From Clostridia bacterium (GTDB lineage Bacteria; Bacillota; Clostridia; Oscillospirales; CAG-272), in the NCBI GenBank assembly GCA_017959065.1, contig JAGDBK010000013.1, forward strand, positions 3,258-67,257: DNA of 64,000 bases, in the 5' to 3' direction. A model generated the notes under the pieces. It did no database searches and was not told the origin of the DNA. It saw only the letters and a program-made list of their open reading frames with translations. Shown here one piece after another: positions 10,189 to 18,791 of this stretch (its first letter is position 1; each line of letters opens with the position of its first letter). Both the position numbers and the translations under genes were made by a program.

Positions 10189-11163
10189 ATGTATTATCTC
10201 GGAATCGATCTCGGCGGAACGAATATTGCTATCGGAATCGTCGACGAAAATTACAACGTCCTGATCAAGGACAGCGTACCGACCGGCGCAGAACGTGAAG
10301 GCCGCGCGGTCATTCGCGACATGGCTGATCTTTGCAAGAAGCTTCTTGACGCCAAGGGATTGACGGTCGATCAAATCGAGTATGCCGGAATAGCAACTCC
10401 CGGTACCGCGAACAGCGAAAAAGGCATAGTTGAATACGCCAACAATCTCAACTTCGTCAATTTCCCGATAGCGGACATCCTCAAGGAATATCTCGGAGTT
10501 AAAACCGTTTACATTGAAAACGACGCCAATGCAGCCGCTCTCGCCGAAGCAGTTGCCGGAGCAGCGAAAGGCGCGAAAGATTCCGTTATGATAACGCTCG
10601 GCACCGGAGTCGGCGGCGGCATCATCATCGACAACAAGGTCTATTCGGGATTCAATTTTGCCGGAGCCGAACTCGGACATATGGTCATCGTACATAACGG
10701 CGTTCCGTGCAACTGCGGCAGGCGCGGATGCTGGGAATCATATTCCTCTGCTCCCGCACTCGTGCGTATGACAAAAGAGAAGATCCTTGAGTGCCGCGAA
10801 AAGGGCATTGAGACCAAGCTCACCGAAGGCATTGAGGAAGATCTTTCGAACGTCTCCGCCAGGACCGCATTTGCAGTCATGAAGACGACCGGCGACAAGG
10901 CTGCTAAGGAAGTAGTCGACGACTACATCGCTTATCTCGCCACCGGAATAGGCAACATCATCAACATCTTCCAGCCCGAGATCCTGAGCATTACGGGCGG
11001 CATCTCGAAAGAGGGCGATTATCTTCTGAAGCCCCTTCTTGAGATCATCAACAAAGAGAGATACACCCGCGGCGATACGAAACAGACAGAGGTCAAGATA
11101 GCTTCTCTCGGAAACGACGCCGGAATTATCGGGGCTGCAGCTCTTGGAAGAGCAAGACAGTGA
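10189..11163 (+). CDS. glcK: ROK-family glucokinase
   Basis: MYYLGIDLGGTNIAIGIVD... with the ROK zinc motif CNCGRRGCWE. GGAGGG lies 6 nt upstream of ATG 10189. The track start at 10078 sits at the predicted transcription start site. Confidence 0.85.
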   Translation: MYYLGIDLGGTNIAIGIVDENYNVLIKDSVPTGAEREGRAVIRDMADLCKKLLDAKGLTVDQIEYAGIATPGTANSEKGIVEYANNLNFVNFPIADILKEYLGVKTVYIENDANAAALAEAVAGAAKGAKDSVMITLGTGVGGGIIIDNKVYSGFNFAGAELGHMVIVHNGVPCNCGRRGCWESYSSAPALVRMTKEKILECREKGIETKLTEGIEEDLSNVSARTAFAVMKTTGDKAAKEVVDDYIAYLATGIGNIINIFQPEILSITGGISKEGDYLLKPLLEIINKERYTRGDTKQTEVKIASLGNDAGIIGAAALGRARQ

Positions 11164-11208
11164 CCCGGAGGAAACGGTCAGTTATTCATTTCTCATATGA
11201 TTCAAACA

Positions 11209-11251
11209 GTGCGCGCACAGTCCGATAAAACTGTGCGCGCACATTTTTTTA
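11209..11251 (+). terminator. intrinsic terminator between convergent genes
   Basis: 12-bp stem GTGCGCGCACAG/CTGTGCGCGCAC followed by T7. Confidence 0.75.
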
Positions 11252-11267
11252 TTTCCCGAACGCAGCT

Positions 11268-12911
11268 TTACTGCAGGATCTCGACATCCGTGCAGTTGAG
11301 CACCTCCACGGTGTTCTTCGAACCGAGATTGGTGTTTCCGCTTATTTTGAGGCCTTCAACGCCTTCGACAGTGATAGCTGTCCTTGTGAGCGGACAGTCG
11401 ATGACATTGCCGGTGATGGAAACGTTCTTTATCTGCGGCAGGACCGCTTTTTCAGGAGAATGGGTACCGACCTCTATACCGCCGATGGAACCTTCGGGAG
11501 AGAGATGCTCGCATCTTCTCATGATGTTGTTCTCGACGCGGACGTTGCCGGATACTGTTCCCTCTCTCCAGGGCTGCTCAGCATAGATGCATACTGCGGA
11601 GCCCATGATGTCCTCAAAGGTATTGTTATGAACATAGACGTTCCTTGTCTTCGCAAGCACGCCCCTCGCAAAATTTCCCTTGCAGAGATTGCCTACGAAC
11701 TCAAGCGACGGAAGCTTTGAGATATTGAAAAGGAACAATTTCTTTTCAGCTGCATCCTCCGGAAGCGGAGAGTCAAGCAAAAGCTCGCATTTCTTGTGGC
11801 TTTCCTTGCTGCAAACTGCGTCTATCACGCGAACTGTCCCGAGGACGGCAAGGGTGCGGTTGTCCGTGATCTCCAGAATATCGCCCGGATCCGGATAGTC
11901 CTGAGTCTGGGTATGTGTCCCGTCCGGGCACTCGTTTTTGACAATACATCTGCAGCCGTTGACTTCCTTGACAGTGTGATAATAACCGTGGACATTGATC
12001 GCATCATCACCCTGAGCTATGAATTCCGAGTTTCTGACAATGAGCTTGCCCATGCAGGCAGTGAAATGGGTCGCGTCGGTATTTGTGGACATGTGCATTC
12101 CCTCTGCGGGTATATCGCGGAATCCATCCAGCAGGATATTCTCGGAACGGTTCGCCGTTATTCCCATGCCGGGCTGGCTACGCACGGTCACATTCCTGAT
12201 CGTGGTATCCTTTGAACGCTGGATCAGAAGAGCGGGTCTTGAATGAAATGTGTGCCAGATATAGAATTTCCATCCCTCAATGTCCTTGTCCTGGAGGAAG
12301 TACTTCCCGGTAAATGTCACATGCCTGGGATCTGCATATGTTCCGTGGGGGCCGTAAAGGTAAGGCCACTCGAGTCTCTCGGTCTCGGGATTGTATATGA
12401 AATATCTCAGGTTGAGCGGGGTGCCCTCCATGATCTCGTTCCCCTCGTCAAGCGCAACGTCAAATGCCACCTCGTTATCGTTCAGCTTCCTGCAGTTCTC
12501 TACCTTGCCGACGCTGTAGGGACGGCGTTTGTGATCAATCTCTAGCCCTTCTATAGTAACACCTTCTGAGTCGGTTATGGATACGACTTCCATAAATCCG
12601 TCGACTATTAGCTTCACGCCGTATGCTCTGAGCGTGGTGTTCTTCTGATGGCTCATGTCTATCCCGATCGAATATTTGTACTTGGGGTTGAACATCACAT
12701 CTTGGGGATATTTGCCCCAAGCGCCGCTCATTACATTGAATTCAGCCTCCCTCGCAAGGTCTGTTGTGATCTCGTACTCGCCGGGTTCGATCTCGAGCAC
12801 CGAACCGGGATTCTCCCTCAGTGCCGCCATCGCGTTGTTGAACTTTTCGGCGTTATCCGCACCGGCAAATTCCGAGAACATAAACTTTTTTGCGTCTTCC
12901 ATCTCCGACAT
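11268..12911 (-). CDS. right-handed parallel beta-helix protein, GH28-like (NTD...GDD motif retained); no signal peptide
   Basis: 547-aa ORF with repetitive beta-helix coil pattern. STNTDATH and QGDDAINVHG are spaced ~23 residues apart, about one coil as in GH28 catalytic Asp residues. It is a paralog of 12961-14577. Confidence 0.6.
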   Translation of the reverse strand: MSEMEDAKKFMFSEFAGADNAEKFNNAMAALRENPGSVLEIEPGEYEITTDLAREAEFNVMSGAWGKYPQDVMFNPKYKYSIGIDMSHQKNTTLRAYGVKLIVDGFMEVVSITDSEGVTIEGLEIDHKRRPYSVGKVENCRKLNDNEVAFDVALDEGNEIMEGTPLNLRYFIYNPETERLEWPYLYGPHGTYADPRHVTFTGKYFLQDKDIEGWKFYIWHTFHSRPALLIQRSKDTTIRNVTVRSQPGMGITANRSENILLDGFRDIPAEGMHMSTNTDATHFTACMGKLIVRNSEFIAQGDDAINVHGYYHTVKEVNGCRCIVKNECPDGTHTQTQDYPDPGDILEITDNRTLAVLGTVRVIDAVCSKESHKKCELLLDSPLPEDAAEKKLFLFNISKLPSLEFVGNLCKGNFARGVLAKTRNVYVHNNTFEDIMGSAVCIYAEQPWREGTVSGNVRVENNIMRRCEHLSPEGSIGGIEVGTHSPEKAVLPQIKNVSITGNVIDCPLTRTAITVEGVEGLKISGNTNLGSKNTVEVLNCTDVEILQ

Positions 12912-12960
12912 GAACGGCAGCGCGAAGCTGCCGTGCCCTCCTATTTGTTATTTTGATATA

Positions 12961-14577
12961 TTACTGTATTATTTCCGTATTTGTACACCCGGCGAGAGAC
13001 ATCGCTGAGAAACGCGCTTTCATGCTGTTTCCGCCGATCTCGAGCCTGTCAGTCTGGCATATCATTACGGCAGGTCCCGATTCGGGACTATAAAACTCAT
13101 TATCTTTAATAATGATATTACTCATCTGAGGCACCTGAGCCTTCTCATCCGCGGTAATGTCAGCCTGGACGCCGCTTGAAGCGGTATCCGACCCGTACCC
13201 GCATCTGCGGAATATGTTGTTCTCGACGATGATATCGGAACAGACCGGACCCTCTCTCTGATACGCATCGGCATTGAGCCGCACCGGCGTTCCCGGTATG
13301 TCCTCGAAAACGTTTCCGGTGATCCTTGCGCCTCTGGTCCTGCACAGGATCCCAGATCCGGCGCCGCCGGAGAAGAGGCACCCGCTTATCTCAAGATCCG
13401 GAATCGCGCTCGTGTTGATGAGCATTATCTCCCTGTCGAGCGAATCCGTCGGGAGAGGAATATCAAGTTCGAGGTCAGAGATGTTGTTTCCGGGCACAAC
13501 GCTCCTGCCTTTGACCGTTCTGGTCCCGGCGACCGAGAGATCCGGGTACATGGTCAGTTCCATGACGTCCCCCGGCCTTGGATAGTCCGGGGTACCGTAA
13601 ACGCTCCCGAAAGGCCCTTCCATCCTTACGGTCGCACGGTTGCCGTCTACTATAAGAACATTGTGATAATACCCGTTGACCTTTACTCCGTTCCCACCCT
13701 GACCTCTGAACACACAGTCCCTGACAGATATCCTGCCTCTGCATCCGGTGATCCTGACGCAGTCAGAATTACATGAGAAATGCATTCCCGGAACGGGAAC
13801 GACCGACACTTTCTCAAGGGAAACGTTCTCGCTGTTGCTGCAGAGGATCCCGCATCCGGGCTGACTTCTGACAGTCACGCGGCTGATACTGACATCGGAC
13901 GCGCGTTCCACGCGCACGGCCGGAGCGAAGTTCATTATATGCGAAACGTATACCGTGCTTCCTTCTATCTTCTTTTTCAGATCCTTCCCGGTAAACCGCA
14001 AATGACCGGGAGATACGACGCTGCATCTGACATCGTCCATCGGAAGACGCGAGACGCGCGATCTTTCGGTGTCATAGTACATGCACACCGAATTTACTGG
14101 GGTCTTCTTCTCGATGGTGCCGTCTTTATCCAGAAGAACATCTATCTGCGCTCTTCCGTCCCCGAGAACAGCGCACGCAAATACTTTCCCGACGCTGAAA
14201 GGCCTTCTTAAGGTATCGGTCTCAAGTCCCTCGACGGTAACGCCGCTGCAGTCTCTGACCGAAATAATCTCCGCGAAACCGTCAACGACAATCTTCGCGC
14301 CGACGGCGACGAAACGAGTCCCGCGATGCCCTTTGAAGTCAATGATGCGAGCCGGCAGAACGGGATTTTCGAACAGGTGTCTGTCGGGAAGAGAACTGAA
14401 AGCCCCCGACATGCATCTGTTCTGCATCTCGACTGCTTTATCCGTTCTTATTTCATATTTCCCCGGTTTCAGCACGACCTCTGTCCCGTCTGTTTTCCGT
14501 GCATCGTCCATGGCGGCCCTGATCTTCTCCAGAACAGAGTCTCCGGGATAATCCATGCAATTCAGTGTCCTGCTCAT
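12961..14577 (-). CDS. right-handed parallel beta-helix protein, paralog with degenerate catalytic motif
   Basis: 538-aa ORF collinear with the 547-aa neighbour (shared blocks such as DGFxExxSxxDxxGVTxEGLExD and VTVRSQPGxGI). The equivalent motifs are CNSD and QGGNGVKVNG, so the DD pair is lost. Confidence 0.6.
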   Translation of the reverse strand: MSRTLNCMDYPGDSVLEKIRAAMDDARKTDGTEVVLKPGKYEIRTDKAVEMQNRCMSGAFSSLPDRHLFENPVLPARIIDFKGHRGTRFVAVGAKIVVDGFAEIISVRDCSGVTVEGLETDTLRRPFSVGKVFACAVLGDGRAQIDVLLDKDGTIEKKTPVNSVCMYYDTERSRVSRLPMDDVRCSVVSPGHLRFTGKDLKKKIEGSTVYVSHIMNFAPAVRVERASDVSISRVTVRSQPGCGILCSNSENVSLEKVSVVPVPGMHFSCNSDCVRITGCRGRISVRDCVFRGQGGNGVKVNGYYHNVLIVDGNRATVRMEGPFGSVYGTPDYPRPGDVMELTMYPDLSVAGTRTVKGRSVVPGNNISDLELDIPLPTDSLDREIMLINTSAIPDLEISGCLFSGGAGSGILCRTRGARITGNVFEDIPGTPVRLNADAYQREGPVCSDIIVENNIFRRCGYGSDTASSGVQADITADEKAQVPQMSNIIIKDNEFYSPESGPAVMICQTDRLEIGGNSMKARFSAMSLAGCTNTEIIQ

Positions 14578-14607
14578 ACCCGAAACCCCGTTGATTCGTA
14601 TCCGCGG

Positions 14608-15525
14608 TCAGCTGATAGCGGAAATATCATATGGCGTCTTCTGATATACAAAATAGTTCAGCCAGTTGGAAAACAGCAGCGTGGCATGGCTTCTCCACAT
14701 GTTCGGCGGCTCGGTCGTAGAATCATTGTGCCTGAAATAATTCTGCGGCAGCGCTATCGGAAGCTGACGGTCGATATCTCTGAAATACTCTTTCTTGAGC
14801 GTATCGCTGTCGTATTCCGCATGACCCATGACATAAAAGCACCTGCAGTCCTCGTCGGCTATTATGTAAAGCCCCGCCTCTTCAGACTTGGACAGTATCT
14901 TGAGTCTGGGCTCCTTGAGAACATCCTCCTCACGGACCTCGGTATGACGGGAATGAGGCGCCTTGAAAACCGCGTCGAACCCCCTTAGAAGAGGGTGGTA
15001 CGGTTCAACGAGCTCATGCTCGAAGACCCCGAAAAGCTTCTGCTTCAGCGGATACTTCGGGATCCCGAAACGGTAGTAAAGACCGGCCTGCGCCGCCCAG
15101 CAGATATGAAGGGTCGAATAGACATGAGTCTTTGCCCACTCGAATATGCTGCACAGCTCATCCCAGTACGTTACCTCAGAGTATTCCAGGTTCTCGACAG
15201 GCGCTCCGGTGATGATGAAACCGTCAAACTTTTCGTTTATCACATCGCTGTAGTTTTTATAAAAGACCTCCATGTGTTCCATGGACGTGTTCTTCGGTAT
15301 GTGGCTCTCCAACTTGATAAGGGTAAGTTCCAGCTGAAGAGGAGTGTTGGAAAGCAGTCTGATGAGCTGGGTCTCAGTCGTTATCTTTGTAGGCATGAGA
15401 TTGAGAACGGCTATCCTCAACGGACGTATGTCCTGAGTCAGCGCCCGCTGCTCGGACATCGTAAAAATATTTTCCTTTTCAAGGATGCCGGCTGCCGGCA
15501 GCCCCTCAGGTATCTTGATCGGCAT
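14608..15525 (-). CDS. metA: homoserine O-acyltransferase (MetA family)
   Basis: 305-aa ORF MPIKIPEGLPA...IRPLRIAVLNLMPTKITTETQ..., typical of MetA. Confidence 0.9.
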   Translation of the reverse strand: MPIKIPEGLPAAGILEKENIFTMSEQRALTQDIRPLRIAVLNLMPTKITTETQLIRLLSNTPLQLELTLIKLESHIPKNTSMEHMEVFYKNYSDVINEKFDGFIITGAPVENLEYSEVTYWDELCSIFEWAKTHVYSTLHICWAAQAGLYYRFGIPKYPLKQKLFGVFEHELVEPYHPLLRGFDAVFKAPHSRHTEVREEDVLKEPRLKILSKSEEAGLYIIADEDCRCFYVMGHAEYDSDTLKKEYFRDIDRQLPIALPQNYFRHNDSTTEPPNMWRSHATLLFSNWLNYFVYQKTPYDISAIS

Positions 15526-15558
15526 AGGAACCTCCAGAACATAACAGAAACGAATTCA

Positions 15559-15593
15559 CCGGGCGGCTCGGATCAACTTCTCTGCCCGCCCGG
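15559..15593 (-). promoter_or_regulatory. GC-rich leader hairpin upstream of metA (possible attenuator)
   Basis: The minus-strand RNA has CCGGGCGG(G)C ... GCCGCCCGG (9 bp with a bulge), followed by UGAAUUCGUUUCUGUUAUGUU and then the GGAGG RBS. Confidence 0.35.
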
Positions 15594-15604
15594 ATCTGTG
15601 ATTA

Positions 15605-15634
15605 ATTATACCATATCCCAAAGATGAGTGTCAA
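15605..15634 (-). promoter_or_regulatory. sigma-A type promoter of metA
   Basis: Minus strand reads TTGACA (15634-15629), an 18-nt spacer, then TGg-TATAAT (15610-15605). Confidence 0.55.
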
Positions 15635-15713
15635 CGGAAACGGGGGCCGAAGCGCTTCGCGTCACCTGCAAAAAAGCCTTTTCCGGCCCGCCTGCCGTTA
15701 AGAGCCCCGCGTA

Positions 15714-15742
15714 TTTACAACCGGCTCATGTTATGATATACT
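15714..15742 (+). promoter_or_regulatory. sigma-A type promoter of pyrR
   Basis: TTTACA (15714-15719), a 17-nt spacer, then TATACT (15737-15742). Confidence 0.45.
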
Positions 15743-15832
15743 TTTTCCGACAGGAGCGGTCAGTCCGGCCGTACCGCCGCGCTTTCCGGGGACGGATAAT
15801 ACCGCAGCAAGTCCGGGCACGCCGCAGGTTTT

Positions 15833-16384
15833 ATGGGGGTGATATTATTGAAGCTTACTGCTCAGCTGATGGATGAAACTTCAATGCTCAGGAGTCTCGC
15901 CCGTATTACTCATGAGATAATCGAGCGGAACAAGGGAGCCGAAAACCTTTTCCTTGTAGGTATAAAAAGACGCGGGGTCCCTCTCTCCGAGATCCTCCGC
16001 GACAACATTATGAAATTTGAAGGTGTATCCGTTCCCTGCGGAACAGTTGACATCACTCTCTACCGGGACGATCTGTCTGAACTGGCTCCGCTCCCGCTGA
16101 GAGGCGAGAGCCTGATAGGCGGTAACATCACCGGAAAGACCGTCATACTCGTGGATGATGTCATATACACCGGGCGCACCGCCAGAGCAGCCATCGACGC
16201 CGTGTTCGACCAGGGACGCCCCCAGGCGGTCCAGCTTGCCGTGCTCGTTGACCGCGGTCACAGGGAACTGCCCATAAAGCCGGACTTCGTAGGCAAAAAC
16301 GTCCCTACTTCCAAAGATGAAGTGATATGCGTGAAAGTACGTGAATTCGACGGCGAGATGTCTGTCTGGATCGGAAAGAACTGA
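15833..16384 (+). CDS. pyrR: bifunctional pyrimidine operon regulator / uracil phosphoribosyltransferase PyrR
   Basis: ...LMDETSMLRSLARITHEIIERNKG...ILVDDVIYTGRTARAA..., a PRTase motif. The true start is probably TTG 15848 (MKLTAQLMDE). Confidence 0.9.
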   Translation: MGVILLKLTAQLMDETSMLRSLARITHEIIERNKGAENLFLVGIKRRGVPLSEILRDNIMKFEGVSVPCGTVDITLYRDDLSELAPLPLRGESLIGGNITGKTVILVDDVIYTGRTARAAIDAVFDQGRPQAVQLAVLVDRGHRELPIKPDFVGKNVPTSKDEVICVKVREFDGEMSVWIGKN

Positions 16385-16410
16385 GCCGGTACTTCCGGAT
16401 AACCAAAATT

Positions 16411-16450
16411 CCTCCTTTGTGCTGATCTCAAAGGAGGGATTTATATCTTT
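16411..16450 (+). terminator. intrinsic terminator after pyrR
   Basis: Stem CCTCCTTTG/CAAAGGAGG (9 bp) followed by a T-rich tract. Confidence 0.6.
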
Positions 16451-16456
16451 GGATAT

Positions 16457-16495
16457 GAAAAAGCCGGACGGCTGTAAAACCGTCCGGCTTTTTAT
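16457..16495. terminator. bidirectional intrinsic terminator (pyrR / uracil permease)
   Basis: AAAAA-GCCGGACGG-ctgtaaaa-CCGTCCGGC-TTTTT. Confidence 0.8.
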
Positions 16496-16511
16496 ATGAC
16501 TTTATAACAGA

Positions 16512-17897
16512 TTACTGTTCCTTGTCCTTGGCATCTTCCTTTTTGCCGCGGTTGAGGATCAGGTTTGTAATGATTCCGAGGATAAGAGCGCATGCGACCG
16601 TTCTCAGGGTAATATACTGGTCGTTGCCGACTCCGAATGCGAGCGCAAGATTTCCTACGCCTGCGATAAGAATGACGGAAGCCGTGAAGAGGTTTTTGTT
16701 TTCGCCAAGATCGACAGGCTGAAGCATCTTGAGACCGGATACCGCGATGAATCCGTAAAGTGCAAGGCAAACACCGCCCATTACGCATGAGGGAATCGAA
16801 TTAAGGAAAGCGACGAACGGGCCTATGAAAGCGACTATGATCGATATGATAGCAGCTCCGAGGATGCTGACCGTCGAAGCGTTGCCGGTGATCGCCACGC
16901 AGCCTATTGACTCACCGTAGGTCGTATTCGGGCAGCCGCCGAAGAAAGCGCCGACCATCGATCCGATGCCGTCGCCGAGAAGCGTGCGGCTGAGTCCGGG
17001 ATCCTTCGTGAGGTCAGACTCGATAATGGAAGAAAGGTTTTTGTGGTCCGCGAGATGCTCCGCAAAGACGACGAACGCAACGGGAACATATGCGACCAGT
17101 ATCGAGATAATGTAAGACGCGTTGATCTCATTGAAGCTCTTGAATCCCTCAAGGAACACGAAATTCGGAAGCGCAAAGATCTTCAGTTCGCTGAAGACTG
17201 AGAAATCAACTATTTTAAGAAAATCGACCGAGAAAGCGATGCCGAACACGGTCAGGATGGAGGCGAAAGCATATCCGGCAAGGATACCGAGGATAAACGG
17301 GATCAGCTTCATCATCTTTTTGCCGTATGTCGCGCATAGCATTGTAACCGCGAGGGTCACGAGAGCGGTTGCAAGGCAAAGAAGGGATTTCGGATCCATG
17401 ATGTATGCGCCGAGATCTTCGTTGTAATTACCCGCATAGTTGAAGAATTTCTTAACAGCGTCGCTGGAAAGCGAAAGACCGATGATCGCGACTGTGGGGC
17501 CGATTACGACGGCGGGCATGATCTTGTCGATCCATTTGACCCCTGCGATTTTAACTATGATCGCGATTATAACATAAACAAGGCCGGCGAAAACAGCACC
17601 CAGGATCAATCCGAAATATCCGAGCTGCATCGAAACAGATCCGGCAAACGCGGCGAGCATAGAACCGATAAAAGCAAATGACGATCCGAGGAAAACAGGA
17701 CTCTTGAATTTGGTGAAAAGTAAATAAACTATTGTTCCGCATCCTGCACCGAATAGTGCCGCGTCCGCGGTAAGACCGTGCCCGACCATGCTCGGGACAG
17801 CGATCGTAGCCGCCATAATGGCAAGCAGCTGCTGAATGGCGAAGACAATCAACTGCCCGAATTTAGGCTTGTCTCCGACGTTGTAGACCATTTTCAT
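16512..17897 (-). CDS. pyrP: uracil/xanthine permease (NCS2 family)
   Basis: 461-aa polytopic ORF with ...FGQLIVFAIQQLLAIMAATIAVP... and GIGSMVGAFFGGCPNTTYGES, NCS2 signature-like. It lies next to pyrR. Confidence 0.85.
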   Translation of the reverse strand: MKMVYNVGDKPKFGQLIVFAIQQLLAIMAATIAVPSMVGHGLTADAALFGAGCGTIVYLLFTKFKSPVFLGSSFAFIGSMLAAFAGSVSMQLGYFGLILGAVFAGLVYVIIAIIVKIAGVKWIDKIMPAVVIGPTVAIIGLSLSSDAVKKFFNYAGNYNEDLGAYIMDPKSLLCLATALVTLAVTMLCATYGKKMMKLIPFILGILAGYAFASILTVFGIAFSVDFLKIVDFSVFSELKIFALPNFVFLEGFKSFNEINASYIISILVAYVPVAFVVFAEHLADHKNLSSIIESDLTKDPGLSRTLLGDGIGSMVGAFFGGCPNTTYGESIGCVAITGNASTVSILGAAIISIIVAFIGPFVAFLNSIPSCVMGGVCLALYGFIAVSGLKMLQPVDLGENKNLFTASVILIAGVGNLALAFGVGNDQYITLRTVACALILGIITNLILNRGKKEDAKDKEQ

Positions 17898-18108
17898 AGA
17901 TCTTCCTCCATATTTTTAGGGTGCCGGCCCCCGGCACGCCTTTATTACAATGCTGAGGATCTGTGCTGCGGTTTTTGCCGGAATAAAGTATAAAAAAACG
18001 ATCCCGTCCGTGAAGAACAAGATCGCAGAAAACGCCCGTAAGCGCAGTTATGGCTTTTTCACAATCTTGTCGGCGTCACGCCACCGCTCTTAAAGATTTG
18101 TTAATAAT

Positions 18109-18137
18109 ATGATACCATTCAGGCAGAAGAATGTAAA
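18109..18137 (-). promoter_or_regulatory. sigma-A type promoter of uracil permease gene
   Basis: Minus strand reads TTTACA (18137-18132), a 17-nt spacer, then TGg-TATCAT (18114-18109). This leaves a ~200-nt leader. Confidence 0.45.
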
Positions 18138-18183
18138 GACTGTTTTTCAATAAAATTTCAATTACTGGTTTTTTGTTCGGCGT

Positions 18184-18213
18184 GAAAAAAGTGCTTCCCG
18201 AGGTGTCCGCACT
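18184..18213 (-). terminator. weak intrinsic terminator after gtrA-like gene
   Basis: Minus strand has AGUGC-15 nt-GCACU followed by U6. It is preceded by an 8-bp hairpin ACTGCCGG/CCGGCAGT (18211-18255). Confidence 0.4.
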
Positions 18214-18254
18214 GCCGGCAGGGGATGAAAGATATGACGTTCCCTTCCCGGCAG

Positions 18255-18791
18255 TCACTCTTTCCGGTCCGGGTCATCTTCCTCTGTTCCGGCAGAGCCG
18301 TCGGACTTCTTCTTTTTTCTGAAAATGATCAGTTTGCTGGCAACGTAGTTGACCAGGACGACGATTATCTGGGTCGGGATCTTCACAACGTTCGCGTTTA
18401 TGTGGCAGATCTCTATTCCGAGGAACATTATCAGTTCCTCAAGCCCGAACGAGATCAGCCTTGCGGCTGCAAAAGCCGCAAACTGGTATATCGCGTGCCC
18501 GAACGACCAGTCGCTGTCCTTGAATACCCATATCTTGTTCACGAAGAATGCGAACACCATCGCAACGATCCATGCAACGGCTGTGCTGGTATACGGATCA
18601 ACGCCGGCGGCATTGAGAAGGACATAGTAGACTATGAGGTTAACAACAGTTGTAAGCACACCAACTATTATATACAGGAAAAACTCGTAATATTCCCCGA
18701 GCCCCACCGACAGTTTCTTGGACAGAGGAATGTCCTTGTTTCTCAGGGACGATATGAAAGTCGTGAACAATCCTTTCAGTTTTCTGAACAT
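18255..18791 (-). CDS. GtrA-family membrane protein
   Basis: 178-aa ORF with four hydrophobic segments and ...FFLYIIVGVLTTVVNLIVYYVL...FFVNKIWVF..., typical of GtrA. Confidence 0.75.
   Translation of the reverse strand: MFRKLKGLFTTFISSLRNKDIPLSKKLSVGLGEYYEFFLYIIVGVLTTVVNLIVYYVLLNAAGVDPYTSTAVAWIVAMVFAFFVNKIWVFKDSDWSFGHAIYQFAAFAAARLISFGLEELIMFLGIEICHINANVVKIPTQIIVVLVNYVASKLIIFRKKKKSDGSAGTEEDDPDRKE

Noticed and set aside
18055-18066. TTCACAA/TTGTGAA half-sites (also near 5941) as Rex operators.
   Set aside because: Only single half-sites are present, without the inverted partner at the correct spacing. One of them lies inside a coding region. They are compatible with chance.
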